Below, piece after piece: positions 1-7,918 of a DNA stretch of 64,000 bases. The position numbers were made by a program, and so were the translations under genes. The stretch comes from an uncultured Acidobacteriota bacterium. GTDB lineage: Bacteria > Acidobacteriota > Vicinamibacteria > Vicinamibacterales > CAVVIG01. The stretch is taken from positions 14,137 to 78,136 of the forward strand of contig CADEDC010000019.1 in NCBI GenBank assembly GCA_902825985.1. The letters run 5' to 3'. Below the pieces are notes generated by a model. That model was not told the DNA's origin. It saw only the letters and a list, made by a program, of their open reading frames with translations, and searched no databases. Position 1 is the stretch's first letter; each line of letters begins with the position of its first letter.

Positions 1-272
1 GTGGCGACATGAGTTTCGTCGGCCCGCGTCCGGAGCGGCCGGAATTCGTCTCGAAGCTGAGCGAGGAGATTTCGTACTACGGCCAGCGGCACGTCGTCCG
101 GCCCGGACTCACCGGCTGGGCGCAGGTGCGGCATCGTTACGGTTCGACGATCGATGACGCGCAGGAAAAACTGCAGTACGACCTGTTCTACATCAAGCAC
201 ATGTCGTTTCCGTTCGACCTCTACATCGTGCTCGAGACGGTGAAAACCGTGCTCGTGCGCGGCGGATCGTAA
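1..272 (+). CDS. Bacterial sugar transferase, C-terminal end only (5' part outside window); polyprenyl-phosphate sugar-1-phosphate priming transferase (WbaP/EpsB-like)
   Basis: Frame is open to base 1. 'MSFVGPRPERPEF...GLTGWAQV...KLQYDLFYIKH' is the conserved catalytic C-terminus of the Bac_transf family. Stop TAA at 270-272. Confidence 0.85.
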   Translation, partial: GDMSFVGPRPERPEFVSKLSEEISYYGQRHVVRPGLTGWAQVRHRYGSTIDDAQEKLQYDLFYIKHMSFPFDLYIVLETVKTVLVRGGS

Positions 273-278
273 AATCAC

Positions 279-1181
279 ATGCCTCCGGTGCTCAATGCGA
301 TGACCGTCGACGTGGAAGACTACTTCCACGTCTCGGCGTTCGCGTCGGTCGTCAAGCCGGCGGAGTGGACGACGTTCGAGAGCCGCGTCTGTCAGAGCAC
401 GGAACGGCTGCTGGACATCTTCGAGCGGGCGGACGTGCGGGCGACGTTCTTCGTCCTTGGCTGGGTCGCCGAGCGCCATCCCGGCCTGGTGCGACGGATT
501 CATCGTGCCGGGCACGAGATCGCGTCGCACAGCTACGATCACGGACTGGTCTACGACAAGCGCCCGGACGAGTTCCTCGCCGACCTGCGGCGTGCCAAGG
601 TCGCGATTGGCGATGCCTGCGGGACCGATGTGCAGGGCTATCGGGCGCCGAGTTATTCGATTACCGAGCGGTCGCTGTGGGCGCTCGACGTGCTGGCGGC
701 CGAGGGCTATACCTACGATTCGAGCATCTATCCGATTCGTCACGATCGCTACGGCATTCCGACGTGGCCGCGGCACGTGCATCATGTGACGCGGGCCGGC
801 GGCGGCCTGTGGGAACTGCCCGGGTCGACGGTTCGGCAGTACGGCATGAACCTGCCGATCGGCGGCGGCGGCTACTTCCGGCTGCTCCCGTACGCCTGGA
901 CGCGGCGGGGAATCACGCGGGTGAATGAGGTCGAAGGGAAGCCGGCGATCTTCTACCTGCACCCGTGGGAGGTCGACCCCGAACAGCCGCGGCTGCGGGC
1001 AAGCGCCCTCTCACGCTACCGGCACTACACGAATCTGCACCGGACGGCCGACCGGCTGGTGCGGTTGCTGCGCCAGTTCCGTTTCGGCACGGTCACCGAG
1101 GTGCTGGCGCAGACCGCGGCGGCGACGCCCGCCGGCGTCCCGGTCGGTTTCGGCGTGACCGATTCGCTGCCGGTCGTCTAG
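279..1181 (+). CDS. Polysaccharide deacetylase (CE4/NodB-homology; PEP-CTERM-locus-type)
   Basis: 300 aa. 'MTVDVEDYFH', 'FFVLGWVAERHP', 'HEIASHSYDH' and 'GYRAPSYS' motifs. ATG lies 6 nt after the upstream stop. Confidence 0.85.
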   Translation: MPPVLNAMTVDVEDYFHVSAFASVVKPAEWTTFESRVCQSTERLLDIFERADVRATFFVLGWVAERHPGLVRRIHRAGHEIASHSYDHGLVYDKRPDEFLADLRRAKVAIGDACGTDVQGYRAPSYSITERSLWALDVLAAEGYTYDSSIYPIRHDRYGIPTWPRHVHHVTRAGGGLWELPGSTVRQYGMNLPIGGGGYFRLLPYAWTRRGITRVNEVEGKPAIFYLHPWEVDPEQPRLRASALSRYRHYTNLHRTADRLVRLLRQFRFGTVTEVLAQTAAATPAGVPVGFGVTDSLPVV

Positions 1182-1214
1182 GGCGGCGGCCACCGCGCTG
1201 CCAAACGACTTACT

Positions 1215-1238
1215 AAAGTCCTCGAAAAGTCTGACTAT
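1215..1238. promoter_or_regulatory. Inverted repeat AAAGTC-N12-GACTAT (candidate activator/UAS site)
   Basis: AT-rich patch in an intergenic region. Same WWAGTC-N12-GACTWW architecture as 56092-56115, 60861-60884 and (imperfect) 48093-48116. Lies 88 nt upstream of the sigma54-like element at 1327-1342. Confidence 0.35.
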
Positions 1239-1326
1239 TTTCTTGGCTTCTAAGGTATACCGGTCCATCGCACGACCCGAAACACTGGGAGTCAGGCGCC
1301 TGCGCTGGGCGAAATCGTCGAGATGG

Positions 1327-1342
1327 TGGCCGGTTCTTTGCT
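1327..1342 (+). promoter_or_regulatory. Sigma54-type -24/-12 promoter candidate (TGGCCG-GTTCT-TTGCT)
   Basis: TGGC and TTGC with exact GG-N10-GC spacing. Sits in the 310-nt gap upstream of the ACP gene, about 150 nt before ATG 1492. Confidence 0.45.
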
Positions 1343-1491
1343 TCGTTGGTCCGCACGCACCTCACCGGGGCTGCGGTCACGTGAGTTCGACAACATCATC
1401 GCAGCGCACTGATCTGCACGTCGTGGCGTGTAAGTGACAGGGCGAAGCTACATCCAGCTGCAGCCAGCTGACAAGAAGAGAGCCAGAGGAC

Positions 1492-1761
1492 ATGGTTGAT
1501 ACGTTCGCAGCCGACATCAAGGCGTTCATCGTCAGCAACTTTCTCTTCGGTCAGGAGGGCGAGGGCATCGCGCCCGACCAGTCCTTCCTCGAGAGCGGGA
1601 TCATCGATTCCACCGGCCTGCTCGAACTCGTCGCCTTCGTCGAGCAGACCTACGGTATCTCGATCGGCGATCGCGAGCTGGTGCCCGAGAACCTCGATTC
1701 GCTCCAGAACATCAGCCGCTTCGTCGCCAGGAAGCTGGACACCGTCGGCTCGCGGTCGTAG
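1492..1761 (+). CDS. Acyl carrier protein (phosphopantetheine-binding)
   Basis: 89 aa, acidic. 'GIIDSTGLLELVAFVE' contains the DS(x) phosphopantetheine attachment serine motif. AGAGGA lies just upstream of the ATG. Confidence 0.8.
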   Translation: MVDTFAADIKAFIVSNFLFGQEGEGIAPDQSFLESGIIDSTGLLELVAFVEQTYGISIGDRELVPENLDSLQNISRFVARKLDTVGSRS

Positions 1762-1877
1762 CCGCCGCCCGCTCGTCCCTTCACGCCGGACGGGTCCGGC
1801 GACTCCCACCCCCACACCCGGCGTCTGGAACCAGCCAGGGGTGGGATCTGCCGTCCCGCGAGTTTCAAGCTGACCCT

Positions 1878-2906
1878 ATGCACATCATTCGGTGCGATCA
1901 CTCTCATGAGGGTGCCTGGAACGCGTTCGTCGACGCGTCGCCGCAGGCCTCGTTCTACCACCGGGCGGAATGGCGCGCCATCAACGAACGCTGTTTCGGC
2001 CACGAGGTGGTACACCTCGCCGCGATGGCCGGTGACCGCATCGTCGGCATCTTTCCGCTGGTCCGGCTGAAGAGCCTGCTGTTCGGTTCGATCGCCTGCT
2101 CGATGCCATTCGTGAACTACGGCGGCCCCTGCAGCGAGTCGCCCGCCATCGAGCAGGCGCTGCTCGATGCGGCCGCCGAGGTCGCGGCAGAGTGGAAGGT
2201 CGACTACGTGGAGATCCGCAGCACGCGGTATCTCGGCGATCGCTATCCGTCCTCCGACCACAAGGTCAGCATGACGGTGGCGCTCGAGTCCGACCCCGAG
2301 ACGCTGTGGAACCGTTTCAAGACCGGCCAGCGGCAGGACATCCGGCGGGCCTACAAGAACGGCTTCACGGCGAAGTTCGGCGCCGACCTGATCGATGACT
2401 TCTACACCGTGCTGTCGGCCAGCTGGCGCGACCTCGGCACGCCCATCTACCGCCTGGACTACCTCAAGACGATCCTGAAGGCCTTCCCGGACGCGACGCG
2501 GGTCTGCGTGGTGTACGCCGCCGACGGCACGCCGGCCGCCGGTGCGTTCGATGGCGTCCACAACGGCACGGTCGAGGGCATGTGGCTGGGCACGTGCAGC
2601 CAGTACCGCAAGGAACTGGTCGGTTACGTGTTGTACTGGGAGCTGATCAAGCACGCCTGCGAGCAGGGTCATCAGCGCTTTCACCTCGGTCGCTCGTCGA
2701 AGGATTCCGGCAGCGAGCAGTTCAAGAAGAAGTGGAACGCCGAACTGCAGCAGCTCTACTGGCACTACATGCTGCGCACCCGCACGGAGATGCCGTCGCT
2801 CAACCCGAACAACCCGAAATTCCAGGCGGCGATTCGCGCCTGGCAGAAGCTGCCGTTGCCGGTGACGCAGATGATCGGGCCGTTCATCGCCAGGAGCATT
2901 CCCTAG
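1878..2906 (+). CDS. FemAB-family (aminoacyl/acyl transferase-like) protein, PEP-CTERM-locus type
   Basis: 342 aa. 'FYHRAEWRAINE', 'FVNYGGP' and 'HLGRSSKDSGSEQFKKKWNAE' are typical of FemAB/CelD-like GNAT-fold proteins. Confidence 0.8.
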   Translation: MHIIRCDHSHEGAWNAFVDASPQASFYHRAEWRAINERCFGHEVVHLAAMAGDRIVGIFPLVRLKSLLFGSIACSMPFVNYGGPCSESPAIEQALLDAAAEVAAEWKVDYVEIRSTRYLGDRYPSSDHKVSMTVALESDPETLWNRFKTGQRQDIRRAYKNGFTAKFGADLIDDFYTVLSASWRDLGTPIYRLDYLKTILKAFPDATRVCVVYAADGTPAAGAFDGVHNGTVEGMWLGTCSQYRKELVGYVLYWELIKHACEQGHQRFHLGRSSKDSGSEQFKKKWNAELQQLYWHYMLRTRTEMPSLNPNNPKFQAAIRAWQKLPLPVTQMIGPFIARSIP

Positions 2907-2910
2907 CATC

Positions 2911-4161
2911 ATGTTCCGCTACGTCGCTCCGGCCGGCGCTCCGATCGGCCTTGCAGACCTGGCGCGCTGGCTGGGGAGGGTGACCGGCTCCGAGGGCGCC
3001 GAGGCGGCGCTGCAGCGCGATCTCGGCAGCCGCTTCGGTGTGCGGTCGGCGTTCTTCACCAGCACGGGCCGGGCTGGCATGACGCTGCTGCTGCGCGCAC
3101 TGCACCGCCTGGCACCGGCCGGTCGCGACGAAGTGGTCCTGCCGTCCTATACCTGCTACTCGGTGGCAGCGTCGGTCGTGAAGGCCGGTCTCCGGCCGCG
3201 CCTCGTGGACGTATCGACCGAGACGCTCGGCTTCGATCCGGAGGCGCTCGCGGCGACCGACTTCAGCCGGACCGTCGCCATCGTCGCCACCAATCTGTAC
3301 GGGCTGCCGAACGACATGCCGGCGCTCAGCCAATTGGCAGCCGCCAACGGCATGTTCCTGGTGGACGATGCGGCGCAGGCGATGGGAGCGTCGATCGACG
3401 GCCGGCCGTCCGGGACCTGGGGTGATGCCGGGCTCTTCAGCTTCGACAAAGGGAAGAACGTGACGGCGATCGACGGTGGCGTGATTGTCACCAGTGCTGA
3501 GCCGATCGCCGACGCGCTACGCAACGAGCTGGCGGCGCTGCCGTCTGCCGGAGCCTCGGCGCTCGACGTCGCCAAGGCGGTCGCCTACAGCGTGCTGTTG
3601 CACCCGGCGGTCTACGGCGTGCCGCAGCGGATCCCGCAGCTCGGCCTCGGCCGGACGGTCTTCACCACCGACTAGCCGGTCGCCCGGGCCGACCGCGCGT
3701 TGCTGGCGCTTGCCGTCACCATGATGCCGAAGCTCGCCGAGTTCACGCGGATCCGGACGGCGCATGCCGCCGCATTGATCGAGGGCCTGTCGGCGATGCG
3801 CGGCGTGTGCGCCATCGCACCGGTCCGCGGTGCGACGCCGGTCTATCTGCGTCTGCCGGTGCTGTTCGACAGCGCCGCCCGGCGCGACGCGGCGCTGGCG
3901 GCACTGCATGCCGCCGGAATCGGGGCGAGCGGGTCGTACCCGCAGTCCCTCGCCGACGTGCCGGAGCTGGCGTCGGCATGGGCGGCCCGCCCCACGGTCG
4001 TGGCGGGGCGCGAGATCGCCAGGCGAATCGCCACGTTGCCGACCCACCCGTACGTGCGCCGCTCGGACATCGACGTGATGCTGGCCACGCTGCGGCGGCT
4101 GGGCGACGGCGCGCCCAGGGTCACGAAGGGCGCGGGAGCGCCGGCCCTCCGTGTCAGCTGA
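2911..4161 (+). pseudogene. DegT/DnrJ/EryC1/StrS-family PLP sugar aminotransferase interrupted by one in-frame TAG (3673-3675)
   Basis: N-part (2911-3675) carries 'FTSTGRAGMTLLL' and the PLP-lysine region 'FSFDKGKNVTAIDGG'. C-part (to 4161) continues in the SAME frame ('...FTTD*PVARADRALLALAVTMMPKLAEFTRIR...'). There are no other disruptions. Confidence 0.6.
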
Positions 4162-5002
4162 CAGGCTTCGTGAGGATGACGGAGACGTCGGCCGTGGTCC
4201 ACTCGCGGAACAGGGGCAGGCGCACCAGCGCCTTCGGCAGTGGGCCAATCGGCGTGACCGACATGTGGGTCAACGTGAAGTTCGACTCGCCGACGAGCCG
4301 CAGCAGCTTCGCGATCGTCATCTGGTTCAGCGACACCTCGCGCCAGCACGTCGGCTTGTTGGGGCGATAGAGCTGACGGACGCGCAGGATCGTCTGCTCG
4401 GAGAAGAAGTAGTGGGCCCACGGCAGCCGGATCATGAACATGTGGTGGACGCCAAACGGGTGCCACCACGACGGTCCGAAGGTGACGAAGAACTGACCGC
4501 CTGGCTTCAGGGCGTCGTAGGCGAGGCGAAGAATTTCCCCGGGATCATCGAAGTGTTCGAACGAGTTCTGGCTGAGCGCGACGTCCGCCCACTCGCGACC
4601 GAAGGTCGCGATGGTATCGCTCGTGAATTTCGTGCGCTCGGCGACCCCGAGCGTTTCGGCGTTGGCGCGGGCCATCGTCAGGTTCACTTCGACCGTGTCG
4701 ACGCCAACCGCCATGCCGGCGCCCGCCAATGCCGCGCCGAGTACCTGATGGCCCAGTCCGCAGCCGATGTCGAGGAAGTTGCGATTCCTGAATGCTGCCT
4801 CGAACCGGTCGCCATAGACGCGACGGGTACGACTCAGCGGATCGGCATCGAGCGGCGGCGGCTGCGAGGCATCGTAGAGGTCGCGCGGTTCGAAGGGCGC
4901 CGGCGGCGGCGGCACGCACCACAGGCGGAGAAACAGTCGTTCCGTGAAGTTCAGACCCGAGTCCATTGCTGATCCTGCCACCATGATGATGCTGCGGCCC
5001 AA
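4154..5002 (-). CDS. Class I SAM-dependent methyltransferase
   Basis: 'FLDIGCGLGHQVLGAALAG' SAM motif I and 'ALKPGGQFFVTF'. Start uncertain (Met codons at 5002, 4984, 4966). The 3' end overlaps the DegT 3' end by 8 nt (convergent). Confidence 0.75.
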   Translation of the reverse strand: MGRSIIMVAGSAMDSGLNFTERLFLRLWCVPPPPAPFEPRDLYDASQPPPLDADPLSRTRRVYGDRFEAAFRNRNFLDIGCGLGHQVLGAALAGAGMAVGVDTVEVNLTMARANAETLGVAERTKFTSDTIATFGREWADVALSQNSFEHFDDPGEILRLAYDALKPGGQFFVTFGPSWWHPFGVHHMFMIRLPWAHYFFSEQTILRVRQLYRPNKPTCWREVSLNQMTIAKLLRLVGESNFTLTHMSVTPIGPLPKALVRLPLFREWTTADVSVILTKPVS

Positions 5003-5086
5003 GACGATCCATCACCTGACGAGGTGCCCGTCAGTGTACACCACGCGCTGCGGCGCCGCGGACGCGGCACGCCACGGGGCGGGGCG

Positions 5087-6670
5087 ATGACCGCCGTGCC
5101 GCCGCCCGCTCCGGCCCGATCTGGCGGGCGATGGTCGACGGCCGCGATCCTCAAGAACGTGACCTCGGGCTGGGCCGGCATCGTCGTCGGCGTCGTCATC
5201 TCGTTCGTCCTCGCGCCGATCACGGTGCGGGCGCTCGGCAACGTCTACTACGGCATCTGGACGTTGCTGATGCAGTTCACCGGCTACCTGTGGCTGTTCG
5301 ACTTCGGGGTCCGCGAGTCGGTCGTCAAGTACGTGGCGCAGTACGAGGCATCCGACGATCGCGAGCAGATTACGACGACGGTGCGGACGGCGGTCACCAT
5401 CTACGGCCTGGTCAGCCTGGCGACGACGACGGCGGCCTGCCTGCTCGCGGTGGCGCTGCCCTACGCCTTCAACATCCCGGCCGACACCGTCAGCACGGCG
5501 CGGTTGACGACGATCCTCGTCGGCGCGACGGTGGCCCAGTTCTTCGTCTTCAATGTCTTCGTCGGCGTTCTCATGGGGTTGCAGCGCTTCTACGTGCTGG
5601 CCCGGCTGAACATCGCCTTCACCATTCTGCGCGGCGTGCTGCTGTACGTGCTGCTGTCCGCCGGCTACGGTATCGTGGCCCTGTCGGTGGTCCAGTTCTC
5701 GATGGCCCTGATCAGCAACCTGATCGTCCTGCGGCTCGCCCGCCGCGCGCTTCCCTACCTGTCGATTGCGCCGCTGTGGCCGACCCGCGACGAAGCGATG
5801 AAGCTGTTCAACTACGGCAAGTACGTCTTCGTCGCCAACGTCGGCGACAAGCTGGTCTTTGCCTCCGACTCGCTGGTCATCGGCACGTTCCTGCCGATCT
5901 CGGCGCTCACCTACTACGCGATCGGCGGCAGTCTCATCGAGCAGTTTCGCAGCTTCATCACCTCGATGGCGTCGCTGATCAACCCGATGAGCAGCAGCCT
6001 GCAGGCCCGTGAGGATGGTGCGGCCCTGGCGACGGTCGTGCAGACCGGCGTGCGGGCGGCGATCCTGATCGGCCTGCCCGTCGGTGTCGCGTTCATGGTC
6101 ATCGGCCGGACGTTCATCGGCATCTGGATGGGGCAGGAGTACGCGAAGCCGGCAGGCGACCTCCTGGCGGTGCTGGCCGTCGGCCATGTGCTCGGCCTGC
6201 CGTACTACACCATCTCCGGCGCGCTGTACGGCCTCGGCCGCCACCGGATCATCGCCCAGTCGCGGATTTTCGAGGGGATCGTCAACCTGGCGATGAGCAT
6301 CGCCCTGGTGCGCTCCTTCGGCCTGATGGGCGTCGCGGTCGGCACGGTCGTCCCGCACGTGGTGGTGGTCGTGGCCATCCTCCCGCCCGTGCTCGCCCGC
6401 TGGGTGCCGATCGTCCTTCGCGACTACTACGTCGCGACCTACGTGCGCCCGCTGCTCGCGGCGCTGCCGTTCGCCGCCGCCTGCTGGGTCATTCGCTACG
6501 TCGTGGCGCCGACCGACTTCATCATGTTCTTCGCCAGCGTCGCCCTGGCGCTTGTCGCCTACGTCATCCCCGTCTGGTTCGTGGCGCTGTCGCCGGCCGA
6601 GCGGGACCGTCTGATTCACGCCGTGCGCCTGCGCGTCCGCAGTCGCCGTACCGTCGAAGGACTGCTATGA
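5087..6670 (+). CDS. wzx: Polysaccharide flippase (Wzx-like, MOP superfamily)
   Basis: Polytopic membrane protein with many hydrophobic helices, of the length and pattern of 'polysaccharide biosynthesis protein' flippases. Start uncertain (ORF opens at 5024; Met at 5087 chosen). Confidence 0.7.
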   Translation: MTAVPPPAPARSGGRWSTAAILKNVTSGWAGIVVGVVISFVLAPITVRALGNVYYGIWTLLMQFTGYLWLFDFGVRESVVKYVAQYEASDDREQITTTVRTAVTIYGLVSLATTTAACLLAVALPYAFNIPADTVSTARLTTILVGATVAQFFVFNVFVGVLMGLQRFYVLARLNIAFTILRGVLLYVLLSAGYGIVALSVVQFSMALISNLIVLRLARRALPYLSIAPLWPTRDEAMKLFNYGKYVFVANVGDKLVFASDSLVIGTFLPISALTYYAIGGSLIEQFRSFITSMASLINPMSSSLQAREDGAALATVVQTGVRAAILIGLPVGVAFMVIGRTFIGIWMGQEYAKPAGDLLAVLAVGHVLGLPYYTISGALYGLGRHRIIAQSRIFEGIVNLAMSIALVRSFGLMGVAVGTVVPHVVVVVAILPPVLARWVPIVLRDYYVATYVRPLLAALPFAAACWVIRYVVAPTDFIMFFASVALALVAYVIPVWFVALSPAERDRLIHAVRLRVRSRRTVEGLL

Positions 6671-7914
6671 GCGCGCGCGGAAATCCCCTCAAGGTGCTGT
6701 ACTGCGAGAGCAGCGCCGACGGCACGATCGGCGGTTCGCACTATTGCCTGCTCTACCTGCTGGAGCATCTCGACCGCACGCAGTTCGAGCCGTTGACCGT
6801 CTTCTACGAAGAGCACGCGCTGATGTCGCGGTTCCGCGCCGTCAGCGACACGGTGGTCTACCCGCAGGACGCGCCGGTCCGCTGGGGCCGGAGCGGCCCG
6901 CTGGCGGTCATCCGCAAGGCGGTGAACCTCGTGCGGTTCGGCGCGACGGTTGCCGGCAACGTCGCCTTCATCCGTCGTCACGGCATCCGGCTGGTCCACT
7001 TGAACAATTCGATCACGCGCCATCAGAACTGGATGCTGGCGGCACGGCTGGCCGGCGTCCCCTGCATCGTCCACGAGCGCGGCTTGAGCGACACCTATAC
7101 CGCCGCCGACCGGTCGTACGCCCGCCGGGTGGCGGCCATCATTCCGATGTCGGCGTGGATACGCGACCACATGGTCGCGCGCGGTGTGCCGGGCGACAAC
7201 ATCCGCGTGATGTACGACGGGCTCGACCCGGCGCTGGTGCAGGTCAAGACGCCGGCCGACGAACTGCGCCGCACCTGGAACCTGCAGCCCGACCAGCGGG
7301 TCATCGGCATCGTCGGCAACATCCGGCCGTGGAAGGGCCAGGAGACCGTCGTCAAGGCCTTCATCGAGATCGCGGCGCAGTTCCCGGACGTCGTCTGTTT
7401 CTTCGTCGGGAAGACCACGCCGGCCGACGAAGCGTATCTGGCGAACCTCGAGCGCCTGCTTGCCGGCGCCGGGCTGGGGTCCCGCGTCCGCTTCACCGGC
7501 TACCAGCAGGACGTGCCCAGCCTGATGCACCTCATGGACGTCGTGGTGCACGCCTCGGTCGAGCCGGAGCCGTTCGGGATGGTCGTGCTGGAAGGCATGG
7601 CCCAGCACAAGCCGGTGGTCGGCTCGCGCGCCGGCGGGGTGATCGAGATGGTCGTCGAGGGGCAGACCGGCTTCACGTTCCCGCCCGGCGACAGCCACTG
7701 TCTCGCCGCCCATCTGGCGACGCTGCTGGGCGAGCCGGCGCTGGCGCGGACGATGGGCGAGGCCGGCTACGAGCGGTTGATCCAGTCGTTCACGATGCAG
7801 CAGTACATGCGCAACATCCACGAGACCTACCGGGCCGTGCTGAAGGGGCGGCCGATTCCGGCCGACGTCGGTCTCGCGCCGGGCGGCGGCGTCTCGGTGC
7901 AGGGGGCGGTGTAG
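6667..7914 (+). CDS. Glycosyltransferase family 4 (GT-B, group 1)
   Basis: 'GNIRPWKGQETVV...FTGYQQDV...VHASVEPEPFGMVVLEGMAQHKPVVGSRAGGVIEMV' (E-x7-E motif). ATGA overlap with the flippase stop. Confidence 0.85.
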   Translation: MSARGNPLKVLYCESSADGTIGGSHYCLLYLLEHLDRTQFEPLTVFYEEHALMSRFRAVSDTVVYPQDAPVRWGRSGPLAVIRKAVNLVRFGATVAGNVAFIRRHGIRLVHLNNSITRHQNWMLAARLAGVPCIVHERGLSDTYTAADRSYARRVAAIIPMSAWIRDHMVARGVPGDNIRVMYDGLDPALVQVKTPADELRRTWNLQPDQRVIGIVGNIRPWKGQETVVKAFIEIAAQFPDVVCFFVGKTTPADEAYLANLERLLAGAGLGSRVRFTGYQQDVPSLMHLMDVVVHASVEPEPFGMVVLEGMAQHKPVVGSRAGGVIEMVVEGQTGFTFPPGDSHCLAAHLATLLGEPALARTMGEAGYERLIQSFTMQQYMRNIHETYRAVLKGRPIPADVGLAPGGGVSVQGAV

Positions 7915-7918
7915 CACC

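Noticed and set aside
1650-2912. Long ORFs antisense to, or frame-shifted relative to, recognisable genes. Examples: 1650-2912(-), 5012-6619(-), 6616-7932(-), 12070-14010(-), 14936-17131(-), 17242-18708(-), 20433-22028(-), 38144-39505(+), 39713-41425(+), 42411-44006(+), 50834-53314(+), 53005-54999(+), 58370-60193(-).
   Set aside because: Their translations are low-complexity and rich in Arg/Gly/Ala/Pro/His, with no domain motifs. Each fully overlaps a gene with clear family signatures on the other strand or frame. This is the classic long-ORF artefact of GC-rich DNA (few stop codons).
3673-3675. TAG as a programmed recoding site (e.g. pyrrolysine).
   Set aside because: No pyl genes or recoding signals are visible in the window. 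The organism is a GC-rich EPS-producing bacterium, and a nonsense mutation or read error is far more parsimonious.
3700-4161. Track ORF 3700-4161 as an independent 153-aa gene.
   Set aside because: It is in the same frame as 2911-3675 and corresponds to the C-terminal small domain of DegT-family aminotransferases. Its 'start' is a TTG with no RBS. It is treated as the distal part of one interrupted gene.
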